NCBI GenBank assembly: GCA_965224085.1
Contig: CBDCYI010000011.1
Coordinates: 256,001 to 320,000 of the forward strand
Reading direction: 5' to 3'
DNA: 64,000 nt
Origin: Candidatus Marinacidobacterales bacterium
GTDB taxonomy: Bacteria > Acidobacteriota > Vicinamibacteria > Marinacidobacterales > SMYC01
In this document: one piece after another, positions 1 through 8,998 of the stretch
Numbering within the stretch: position 1 is the stretch's first letter
Layout of the letters: every line of letters starts with the position of its first letter
Translations under genes and position numbers: made by a program
The notes under the pieces: generated by a model
The model's input: only the letters and a program-made list of their open reading frames with translations
Database searches by the model: none
Told to the model about the DNA's origin: nothing

Positions 1-567
1 CAGAGGGCACGACCGACCTTCCACCCAAGTCGACGTCAAGTCGTAGAGAACCAAGCTGCCCTGCTGCAGATGGCGTTTCGCCAGTTTCTTCTCTATGGCA
101 GCTTGGCGGCTCAAAAGCCAATCCAGGGCCTCATACAACTCATCCTCGTTGGAGTCTTCAACTCCAACACACTCACCCAAAGACGAAGTCAAGGTCTGTT
201 TCGATAGACCACGGGCCGTGGCCAACTTGGAGCCCGGCTCTACGATTCGCGCCACAATCATCGCCACCACGAGGTCACGCTCTCGGCGCTGGCGGCTATG
301 GATGATTCGCTCGAGGCCAACTTTGCGCAGCGTTCCCAGCACGGCCGCAACATGTCCGTGAGGTTTGCTTCTGGTGATCTCGAATTGCTGAGCCTCACCC
401 AAATCCACGTTGCCCTTCAGCAACTGGCGAAGAGCTTCAATTCGAGCGGGCTTCCACTTCGAGATGTTGGCGACGGTCCTCGTTTTGGGCTTACCGCCTT
501 CGCGGTAGCTTTCGCGAATGAGAATCGCTGGGGGCGAGTTACGGTTCGGCACCTTGGCGATGTACAT
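1..567 (-). CDS. IS1634-family transposase, N-terminal part (runs off window start)
   Basis: Manual translation from ATG at 567: MYIAKVPNRNSPPAILIRESYREGGKPKTRTVANISKW...LVLYDLTSTWVEG, matching the typical IS1634 N-terminus and YD(L/V)TSxY/W motif. Not in the ORF track because it is truncated by the window. Confidence 0.85.
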   Translation of the reverse strand, partial: MYIAKVPNRNSPPAILIRESYREGGKPKTRTVANISKWKPARIEALRQLLKGNVDLGEAQQFEITRSKPHGHVAAVLGTLRKVGLERIIHSRQRRERDLVVAMIVARIVEPGSKLATARGLSKQTLTSSLGECVGVEDSNEDELYEALDWLLSRQAAIEKKLAKRHLQQGSLVLYDLTSTWVEGRSCPL

Positions 568-701
568 GCGCCGACTATACAGGATCTAATCAGCATTATC
601 AACCATACCGTTATTATTACATGCGTACTGATTACACTTAGAACGGCCACATCTGCTTTAAACGTACGGGTTTACATGCGTCTAGCCGGCGGAAGCTCCG
701 T
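1..701 (-). mobile_element. Partial IS1634-like element; left end abuts CTAG (702-705)
   Basis: Transposase plus about 130 bp of non-coding end, terminating at a CTAG that also supplies the stop codon of ORF 702-1214. Confidence 0.6.
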
Positions 702-1178
702 CTAGGCTGCGAACGAGCCTGGCGGGAAATTGTCCTCTAGAATCCCGATCGAGCTCACCGGGGACGTCACCACGGTGCAGTCGTCGCTATGGAGCTCCAT
801 CGATAGGCCTATCCAAATGCAGCTCATCTTCAGAAAGCTTCGGCCCAAGCTGGCGCCTGACAGTGTCACCTGCGCCGCGTCGGCGAAGAGCGAGCCTCCT
901 TGGATCAAGACTTTCGACTTGAACGGTTCGAGGACCGTGATCTGATAGAAGGCACCGGCCGTTTTCACTTGCAGCACCGTTAACGATTCGAGCCTGGTCA
1001 GATTGATGCCTCGACCTTCGTTCAGCTCTTCGGAGAACCCGTCCAGCAAGCAGAGTCGGGGAACACGGTGGACCGTGGATTCGGGTTGGTGCTCACTCGA
1101 GGGTTCTTTGCCCGGGCCGGCCTCGACATCGGGCGTGTGAGGCTCGAGAAGCGCAGTCTTGTTGCTTCGATCGCTCAT
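702..1178 (-). CDS. Hypothetical protein
   Basis: ORF 702..1214; likely start MSDRS (1178) preceded by AGGGAGGG. No recognisable family motif. Confidence 0.6.
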   Translation of the reverse strand: MSDRSNKTALLEPHTPDVEAGPGKEPSSEHQPESTVHRVPRLCLLDGFSEELNEGRGINLTRLESLTVLQVKTAGAFYQITVLEPFKSKVLIQGGSLFADAAQVTLSGASLGRSFLKMSCIWIGLSMELHSDDCTVVTSPVSSIGILEDNFPPGSFAA

Positions 1179-1510
1179 GGACCCCTCCCTTGTTGTTTGT
1201 GGGCCTTCACACACAGATAAGCAATGTGCGTGCCACCTGCGATGGGGCCGCTACACTGCCTAAATGGAGAGCATCGTGGGTAAACTCCCGCATACACTCG
1301 CAAATATTTGATCGCACCGACCTCTAGCTAGAGCCTGTTGCAAAACGTAACCGCTTTCACCGTTGGTTTCAATCCGCGTCCAATCGGGCAGCTGACAGAT
1401 CTGTGATTTGCCGGCGCCAAACGCGCCTGGATCGATCCGCAAGAATTTTCCCAACTATTTTGTATTTGGTCGTTTTTTTCTTGACTTGTAGCCTAAGGGA
1501 TGATATTTAT

Positions 1511-1994
1511 TAGGCGTTATAGGGACCGTTACCAGGCAGTCCGCCCTCTTCTACGTCAACTTCTCCAAACAGGCGTCGCTCATCAAGGATGATCTACTCG
1601 AACCCGTCGACACGCTCCTCGAGGACCCCGAGCTGATAGAACTGACGAGAGAATCGCTCGCTGGTCGTTTCCCGCTCTCACCGCGTACCGGCCGGGTGAG
1701 TATCGCGCCTGACCGCTTGCTCCGCAGCTGTGTACTCAAGCACATCAAAGGATAGGCGTTATAGGGACCGTTACCAGGCAGTCCGCCCTCTTCTACGTCA
1801 ACTTCTCCAAACAGGCGTCGCTCATCAAGGATGATCTACTCGAACCCGTCGACACGCTCCTCGAGGACCCCGAGCTGATAGAACTGACGAGAGAATCGCT
1901 CGCTGGTCGTTTCCCGCTCTCACCGCGTACCGGCCGGGTGAGTATCGCGCCTGACCGCTTGCTCCGCAGCTGTGTACTCAAGCACATCAAAGGA
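1511..1994 (+). repeat. Exact 242-bp tandem duplication of the transposase 5' region
   Basis: 1511-1752 and 1753-1994 both begin TAGGCGTTATAGGGACC and end CACATCAAAGGA. Confidence 0.95.
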
Positions 1995-3197
1995 TGGTCC
2001 TTCCGAGTCCTCGAGCGGGAGATCCGTTCTAGCCTCGTGTATCGGCGCTTCACTCGCTTCGACGACGATTCGATTCCCAACTACTCCACATTCAGTCGCA
2101 ACTTTTCCCTACTCGGTGATGCGTTCGTAGAGAAAATCCATGCCCGTGTGGTCGCTCAGGCTCGAGACGAAAAGGTGGCTACGGGACGCAAGTTACGCAC
2201 GGATACGACGGTAGTGGAGAGCAACATCCATTACCCCACAGATAGCTCACTGCTTGCCGATGGCATCCGGGTGCTCACCCGTAGTCTGAAGTGTATTGCA
2301 AAGGCTTGTGCTCAAGGTGCGCTCAAGGTGGTGGACCACAGCCGATCAACGAAAAACAGGCAGCTTGAGATCGACCGCGCCAGCAAGTCGTTCACCGAAT
2401 CGAGCCAAGTCAAGTTCAAGCAAAGTTATCGCAAGCTCATGGGCACGGCGCGCAGCGTGGTCCGGCAAGCCGACGAGGTTATTCAGTCGCTCAAGAGCGG
2501 AAAGCTTCCGGTCGTGGGTTCGCTGGTGAGCATCATAAGCAATCAGAGCCAACTCGAACATTATCTGCCACTGTGCAAAAAGGTGTTAGCTCAGACAAAG
2601 GCCCGTGTTTTAGGGGGCCATCGTCACCATCCGGACAAGATCGTCAGCCTGTTCGAGGAGCATACGGCCGTGATCCGAAAAGGCAAAACATGGAAGCCGA
2701 CCGAGTTTGGACGACTCGTGCGAATTGATGAGGTGGAGAACGGCATTGTTAGCCACTACGAAGTTGCCGCAGGCAATCCGGCGGACCAAACTCAGTGGAT
2801 GCCCGCGCTGGAGCAACACAAAAAACAGTTCGCTCGTGCGCCGGAGATGGCGACCGCTGACCGCGGATTCTTTTCGGCAGACAATGAACGCAAGGCCATA
2901 GATCTCGGTGTAAAGAAAGTGGTGTTGCCGGCTCGAGGACGACCCTCGAAAAAACGAGCCAAGGTTCAAAAAAAGCGCTGGTTCCGTCGAGCCCTCAAGT
3001 GGCGCGGGGGCGTCGAGTCCCGCATCAGCACCCTCAAGCACCGCTTCGCTATGCTTCGCGCCACCTACAAGGGCGACCGAGGATTCAAGCGTTACGTCGG
3101 GTGGTGCGTTATCAGCCAAAACCTCATATCGATCGCTCGAGTCAAGCGGCGAAGAAAGGACAGCGAAAATGCCGAACCCTCATTCCGATCCACGTAA
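1761..3197 (+). CDS. DDE transposase (ISNCY/IS5-like)
   Basis: RTDTTVVESNIHYPTDSSLL, ADRGF and WRGGVESRISTLKHRF motifs. The frame is open upstream of 1938 (IGTVTRQSALFY...), so the true start is uncertain. Confidence 0.85.
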   Translation: MGTVTRQSALFYVNFSKQASLIKDDLLEPVDTLLEDPELIELTRESLAGRFPLSPRTGRVSIAPDRLLRSCVLKHIKGWSFRVLEREIRSSLVYRRFTRFDDDSIPNYSTFSRNFSLLGDAFVEKIHARVVAQARDEKVATGRKLRTDTTVVESNIHYPTDSSLLADGIRVLTRSLKCIAKACAQGALKVVDHSRSTKNRQLEIDRASKSFTESSQVKFKQSYRKLMGTARSVVRQADEVIQSLKSGKLPVVGSLVSIISNQSQLEHYLPLCKKVLAQTKARVLGGHRHHPDKIVSLFEEHTAVIRKGKTWKPTEFGRLVRIDEVENGIVSHYEVAAGNPADQTQWMPALEQHKKQFARAPEMATADRGFFSADNERKAIDLGVKKVVLPARGRPSKKRAKVQKKRWFRRALKWRGGVESRISTLKHRFAMLRATYKGDRGFKRYVGWCVISQNLISIARVKRRRKDSENAEPSFRST

Positions 3198-3518
3198 ACG
3201 TCGGGACCAGCTCCTACAACAGATTCAACAATATGCGCGAAGGGCGAGGCGATCTTCGGCACACCCTCCGAAACCTATCGTACCTGCGGTACGCCCACTT
3301 GTCGGTGCCACGGGCCCGGGCCAAAGCATGGCCCTCACCTCTATATCAATTTTCGTGGCAAGCACGGCAAGACTACCGGCTACTATGTGCCCCAAGCCGC
3401 ACACAAGCGTATCCGCGAAGGCGTCGCCGCATGGCAGAGCTTGCAGGATTGTCTGCGAGAACTCGCGGACATCAACAAGCAAAATACGCTCGACCGTGCC
3501 CGACAGGCGCGTTCCTAA
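3169..3518 (+). pseudogene. IS-associated small Zn-binding protein (DUF6788-like), frameshifted near 3240
   Basis: MPNPHSDPRKRRDQLLQQIQ, then another frame reads IFGTPSETYRTCGTPTCRCHGPGPKHGPHLYINF...YYVP...ARQARS*. Confidence 0.7.
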
Positions 3519-3779
3519 CAAGCAGTACAACCAACGGCCTCACTCCTGTGCTCAAACAAATGAACGCCTTGACGCTAAACGGGCTTTTGCAACAGCCTCT
3601 AGCTAGTTCCTGTCCAGAAACACCATAACTTGTTGTGTACGAGAGGCCTATCGAAGATGTGGGTATTATACGTTTTCAGTCGGCACCTCGTAGGCTCGGA
3701 AGCGAATGAAAATCTTGGACGAAACGAGAGGCGAATCGTCAGCAATCCATGGCTATAAACGCAGTAAGAGCAATCATTA

Positions 3780-4056
3780 TTATCGTAATAGGTGCCTTGC
3801 CATTACCAACAGGTTGCAGGTGATGATGGAACTCCATACGTAGGATTTGAAAGAAGGCAATGAGCGCCATGTGCATCGGTCGAGACCAAAGACTCGTTTC
3901 AAGAACGAAATGACGCCTTCGATTCCGCAGCGAAATCGCCGTAGGCGTTGATAGACCCAGGAACTCTTGACCATATCGGTCACCGCGAAGTGAGCCTTGG
4001 TAAAGGCAACATCTTCAACTCCCTTGCCTTTGATGGCTTCCAAGTTTGCCTTTGAA
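3780..4056 (-). pseudogene. C-terminal fragment of a second ISNCY-like transposase (element end near 3607)
   Basis: YQRLRRFRCGIEGVISFLKRVFGLDRCTW...YVWSSIITCNL; abruptly joined to unrelated sequence at about 4056. Confidence 0.75.
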
Positions 4057-4454
4057 ACGGCGGCACCGTGATCAACCCCCGCGGGTTAGCGGCACAGCTT
4101 CATGGAGGCGGGCTGCAAGGCGTGGGTCTGGCACGCAGCCAACGGTGGGTTTACGACCCGAAGTGGGGTGTCGCGTTCACGGACAAGCTCGTCAACGCCA
4201 AACCACCATCCATTCTCGACGTTCCCTTGGACATGGGCGCGGGCTTTGTAGATCTGCCGGATCCGACCACGCCCGTCGGAGCGCGGGGAATCGGCGAAGC
4301 GGCGTTCGGATCTGGAGTCGCGGCTGTGGTGTGTGCGGTACAAGACGCCATGGGAAAGGGCGTCTTCAAGCGGACACCGCTTTTGACCGATGTGCTCTTG
4401 AACATGGTCGAACAAAGGCCTCAGGCTTACAACACCCTAACGGCTCACGTTTAA
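4057..4454 (+). pseudogene. C-terminal fragment of a xanthine dehydrogenase-family molybdopterin-binding subunit
   Basis: GTVINPRGLAAQLHGG..QG.G and GARGIGEA motifs; the N-terminus is missing. Confidence 0.8.
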
Positions 4455-5116
4455 CTCCTCATCGACTCGTGTGAGGAGCGCTTTTTGCTGCGCGTTCAGC
4501 CGAACGCCCGGCCGGGCCTTCCGCACCGTCGCCACCGCCTCGTCCACACTCTTTGCCGCGCCGCGCGCCAAGAGGAGGGCGGCGACGAGCGTTCCCGAGC
4601 GCCCATGCCCCTGGGCGCAGTGAACGTAGGTAGACCCGTCGATGCGGTTGACTGTTTCTACGAGCTCTACGAATTGCCCGTCGACAGGAACGGAAGCATC
4701 CAACGTGGGAACGCAGATGTAGTCACGGCCGTTCCGAACACCTTCGGGCTCGGGAAACTCCGCCGTCAAGTCGACCACAGCGTTAAGGTCCGCGGGCAGC
4801 TCGTGAGCGAGAGGACGGCGGCCTAAGTAGAGGCCGGGTGCTACGCGGTTGTAGCAGTCTTCCTTGATAAGCAGCCGTGCCAGATGCCAGATGCCCCAGT
4901 AAAAAGAAAGTAGGGTAGTAGCGCCATGAGCGCCAACGAAGCGATGGTCCCATCGGAGCGTTTTCCGAAGACGCTCGGACCGAGCCCGAAATAGGCGCAA
5001 GCCACGGCGAGGAAGCTCAGACCTGGCCAAATCCAGAGCAAGCGGAGGCCGACACCCTGGAACGCGAAGTAGCAAAAGCTACCGCCTAGAAGGAGGAGCA
5101 GAACTCCGTGTTTCAT
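4437..5116 (-). pseudogene. Membrane-anchored dual-specificity phosphatase, one frameshift near 4910
   Basis: Hydrophobic N-terminus in ORF 4841..5116; VHCAQGHGRS (HCx5R) and VVDLTAEF in ORF 4437..5075. Confidence 0.8.
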
Positions 5117-5490
5117 AGCGTCTCGGACTCGGAAGCGTCGAAGCCCGGGTTCAAGCGAGCCCAGAAAACGCCGTGATAATTTGGGCTTCTCATCTCGAGC
5201 AGGATGAGAGCGATGGTCAAGGGTGTTTGCGAGGCGAGAATTCCGGCCCAGCGCAGCTCATCATGGAAGAGCCAAAACCCGATATTCGCAAGAAAGAGGA
5301 TGCTCCAGAATAGCTCGTAACTCCGGCGGAGTCGGAAGACGTTACAAAAGAGGAAGAAGTGGCCGAGGGTCACGGGAAAAAGAAGCGCCACCGCTCCGAG
5401 GAGCCGCCAGGAGATCCCAGTGGCGAGAGCACACAAGACGATCGCGACGGCGTCCTGCCACCAGAAACGAAACCCAGCGAGGCGATTCAA
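5113..5490 (-). CDS. Hypothetical membrane protein
   Basis: Hydrophobic 125-aa ORF whose stop overlaps the next start (ATGA). Confidence 0.7.
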   Translation of the reverse strand: MNRLAGFRFWWQDAVAIVLCALATGISWRLLGAVALLFPVTLGHFFLFCNVFRLRRSYELFWSILFLANIGFWLFHDELRWAGILASQTPLTIALILLEMRSPNYHGVFWARLNPGFDASESETL

Positions 5491-5613
5491 TGTGCTTAGT
5501 GCTCGCTCTTTCTTGACCTTGCGCCGAGCTTCGCCCGGCGAGCCGTCAGCCCTTTCCGGCCGGGGGAGCGAAGCGAGCAGCAGGGTGCCGATGACCTTCT
5601 TTTCAGCACCCTG

Positions 5614-6518
5614 CTAGACGTTGAGCTCGACGGCGTGCACGGTACCGCTTGCGCCGAGGGTGACTAGAAGCTCGCCGAAACGTGTGTCGAAGTTTCTGGT
5701 CCTGAGGTCGCGACAGGTGAGCATCACATTTTTCTCGTTCTTTCGGATCTGTACCACGTGGTAGAGAGGAGAGAGCGCCCGCATCGCCTGATATTCCGGG
5801 ATCGCTTCGAGAATCGTCGCGTAGTAGGGCCGTCGTGAATCTTCTGGAGACTTTCGCCAGAAAGGCGGCCGCGGATCGCACTCAAGTCGAAGAGGTGGAC
5901 CTCACCGTCGATGGGCCGCGCCCCGATGAACTTCCACGGGATGAAGGCGGTGGGCAGAAGCGACACGGTTCCTTCCGGTGCAAGCCGCCCGGCCCGCCTC
6001 CTCAAAACGATGCGCACCATCCAGTAGACGAAAAGAAAAGCCACGTAAGCGTAGGCCAACCCGAGACCCGGCATCTTGGCCCTAGCGAGGTCAGAATAGA
6101 TGCCGGCCAATGCTGCGACCGTGACGGCGATGAGGGGCAGGTCGATAAAAAAGACCCACTCCCGACAGAAGCGCTTGTCCGAGAACGGCGCCAGAAGGGT
6201 AATGCCGTACGTGTTGCTGAAGTCGAGCACGCTGTGAAAGCACATGCCCAAAGCGAGGCCGAAGGCCACGTGATGGCCGGGAAAGCCGAGCGCGGCCGAC
6301 ACGACATAGGCCGCCGCGGCTATGGCCGCAATGACGGGAAACGCGTGCGAGTACGTCTGGTGGAACTTGAGAAAACTACGACGCCCTGCGATGCGGCTCA
6401 TCGCATCCAGGTCGGGGGCGACCGATCCCATCATGAAGGCGATGGAAGCCTCTGGGTAGTCCGCCATGAAGGGAGCCGCGATGACCACGCCCATCATGCC
6501 ATGCGTGACGATGTCCAT
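5614..6518 (-). pseudogene. Metal-dependent hydrolase (YdjM-like), frameshifted near 5825
   Basis: MDIVTH...GSVAPDLD...HQTYSH...HSVLDFSNTYG..LLAPFS; the C-terminus continues in another frame to TAG at 5614. Confidence 0.75.
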
Positions 6519-6618
6519 GGGAGCTCTGTGTTCTTCAATTGTACCGAAAAAAACGCGCTCACCAGGACTCGCCTCAAAACGCGAACTTCCAGCTCTCTTT
6601 GGTATTATCCCACCACCC

Positions 6619-7980
6619 ATGCGATATGTGCTCTTGTTGCTGGCTGCGCTCGGAGCGGTCTCGATGGCTTCTCCGGCTTTTCCCCAGGCTGGACGCCAAC
6701 ATCGAGTGGTGCGCGTCAGTCCTAGCACCGCGATCAGGCCGAGTGAAGTTTCCGTCGCCATCAACCCAGCGCGGCCCGACAATGTCGTGGCCGTCTCGCT
6801 ACAGGGACGAAGCCCGACAACGGACTACGCCTATGTGAGCTTCGACGGCGGCACGACGTGGGTCAGCGTCGAAGGACCCAACCCGAACGCGCGCACGCAA
6901 GGCGATGACGCGGTCGTGTTCGACGACGCGGGCCAGGCGTTGTGGTCGTACATTTCCTTCAACGGCTTGAGGTCCGAGAGGCCCACGGACGCTGCGAACG
7001 GGATCTTCGTGAATCGTTCCGAAGATGGTGGCCGAAGCTGGTCAGAACCCGTCACCGTCGTGGATCACAAAAACGCGATCGCGCCATTCGAGGACAAGCC
7101 TTGGCTCGTCGCAGGACCCGACAACCGCGTCTACATCGCGTGGACCCGCTTCTCGAAATACGGTAGTGCGGATCTTCAGGAAACAAGCCATATCTACTTC
7201 TCCTTGTCTGAAGACGGCGGCCAAACGTTCGCCGCGCCCTTCCGGGTGTCGGACGCGCCCGGGGACGCTATCGATAGTGATGGCACACTCGAAGGCGTCG
7301 TGCCCGCGATCGGCGTCGACGGCGAAGTCTATTTGGTCTGGTCGGGCCCGCAAGGGCTCGTCTTCGACAAGTCGACGGACGGTGGTTGGACCTTTGGCGA
7401 GGACCGCGTCATCGGGCCGCATCCGGGAGGCTGGGACATCGACATCGAAGGCATCGGCCGGGCGAACGGAATGCCGGTCACGGGCGTCGACCGATCGCAG
7501 GGCGCTTTTCGAGGCACGCTGTACGTCAATTGGATCGACCATCGTCATGGGGATCCCGATGTGTTCGTCACTTATTCGCGGGACAGAGGCGACAGCTGGG
7601 CTCCGCCCGTTCGCGTGCATGGCGATCCGATCGGCAATGGCGCGGAGCAATTCTTTAATTGGATGGCGGTCGACCCCATCGACGGCTCGGTCAACGTTGC
7701 CTTCTACGATCGCCACGGGCACGACACCATGGCGACGGGTGTGACGCTCGCGCGCACCACCGATGGCGGGGCGAGCTTCGAGACCTCTCAGGTAGCGATC
7801 GAGCCGTTCGAGACGAACGACGATGTTTTCTTCGGCGACTATCTCGGGGTCGCAGCCTATGGCGGGCGCGTCGTAATGGTGTTCAGCCACTTCACGACGC
7901 CATCCGACTTGGCGCTCTCCGCCGCGCTATTCCGGTTTCGCTCGGGTCACCCCGCTCACCCAGCGCGACCACTACGGTGA
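6619..7980 (+). CDS. Secreted sialidase-like (Asp-box/BNR) protein
   Basis: Signal peptide MRYVLLLL; repeated SxDGGxTW boxes; DKPW and FFGDY motifs. Confidence 0.85.
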   Translation: MRYVLLLLAALGAVSMASPAFPQAGRQHRVVRVSPSTAIRPSEVSVAINPARPDNVVAVSLQGRSPTTDYAYVSFDGGTTWVSVEGPNPNARTQGDDAVVFDDAGQALWSYISFNGLRSERPTDAANGIFVNRSEDGGRSWSEPVTVVDHKNAIAPFEDKPWLVAGPDNRVYIAWTRFSKYGSADLQETSHIYFSLSEDGGQTFAAPFRVSDAPGDAIDSDGTLEGVVPAIGVDGEVYLVWSGPQGLVFDKSTDGGWTFGEDRVIGPHPGGWDIDIEGIGRANGMPVTGVDRSQGAFRGTLYVNWIDHRHGDPDVFVTYSRDRGDSWAPPVRVHGDPIGNGAEQFFNWMAVDPIDGSVNVAFYDRHGHDTMATGVTLARTTDGGASFETSQVAIEPFETNDDVFFGDYLGVAAYGGRVVMVFSHFTTPSDLALSAALFRFRSGHPAHPARPLR

Positions 7981-8200
7981 GCTCCGTCTTCTACTCGATC
8001 CCGTGCGATGTCAGGACGGCGTTTATCGAACCTGCAACCGTTTTCCTAACGCGGGCACCCGAACTGTAGGAACTTTCGCCTCCGCTGTAGGGGTTTCCAT
8101 ACCACAGTTTCCGGTAAGTGCCTGCAAATTAAAGAACGCCCCGCCGGCACGCCTCTTGCATTATCGGGTCTGAACCCTGGGATAAAGGAGACGTTTGGAT

Positions 8201-8965
8201 ATGAGCACTGCTAAGAGAGGACCCCTTTGTGGAAACCAAGGCTCGGCCTTCGTCATTTCCATCCTTGTACTGTTCATGTTGACGGTCCTGGGGCTGGCGC
8301 TGATGCTGACCACTTCGACCGAGAAGGATATCGCCATCAACTACCGATGGGGACAGCAGGCGTTTTTCAATGCCGATGCCGGGCTCGAGTACGGAAAGAA
8401 CGTGCTCGCCTCCTGGGCGCTCCAAGACGGGGATTTCCGGAACGTCTTGCCGCCCGCTCGAGCTGTCGCTTCGATGACCCTCAAACCGAACGATGTTGGC
8501 GCCTGCGCCGACGAAGCGACGGCCGGTTGCCGAGACTACCAATACGCTATCGACCTGGACGCCGCCACGAAGATGTATATCGGGAAGGTGCTCCGCGACA
8601 TCAATGGGCGGCTCGTGCAATACGACTTCCGTCTACCGGTAGGCAACGACACGCTGAATGACATCGACTTCGATGGCGCCGATGACGTGCAGGGTACCGT
8701 GACCCTTTGGGTGCGCCGGCCGCTCGTCGGCGGTGCCGACTACGTCGACGACGACCGCATTATTCTGACGGCCGAAGGCACCGCGCCCGGCGGTCAGGGC
8801 ATTGGCGCGGGACGCAACGTCGCGATGCGGCGTCTGGAGCAGACGCTCCTGTTTTCGCGGCCCGGCGGCGGCGGCGGCGGCGACAGATATTCGGACGTCA
8901 CGAAAGGCTCCGATACGACGTCCACCGCAGCGGAGGCTGGTCTGGTGGCGGGAGCCATCCAATAG
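8201..8965 (+). CDS. PilX-like type IV pilus assembly protein
   Basis: QGSAFVISILVLFMLTVLGLAL...AFFNADAGLEYG, a PilX N-terminal signature; AAGGAG RBS. Confidence 0.8.
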   Translation: MSTAKRGPLCGNQGSAFVISILVLFMLTVLGLALMLTTSTEKDIAINYRWGQQAFFNADAGLEYGKNVLASWALQDGDFRNVLPPARAVASMTLKPNDVGACADEATAGCRDYQYAIDLDAATKMYIGKVLRDINGRLVQYDFRLPVGNDTLNDIDFDGADDVQGTVTLWVRRPLVGGADYVDDDRIILTAEGTAPGGQGIGAGRNVAMRRLEQTLLFSRPGGGGGGDRYSDVTKGSDTTSTAAEAGLVAGAIQ

Positions 8966-8998
8966 TTTCGAAAGTGAGTGTGTGGGAAGGTTGGGGAA

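Larger units (their letters stand above)
1332..3598 (+). mobile_element. ISNCY/IS5-like insertion sequence with transposase and a small Cys-rich ORF
   Basis: Terminal IRs AGCCTGTTGCAAAA (1332-1345) and TTTTGCAACAGCCT (3585-3598), one mismatch; CTAGCTAG on both sides. Confidence 0.85.
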
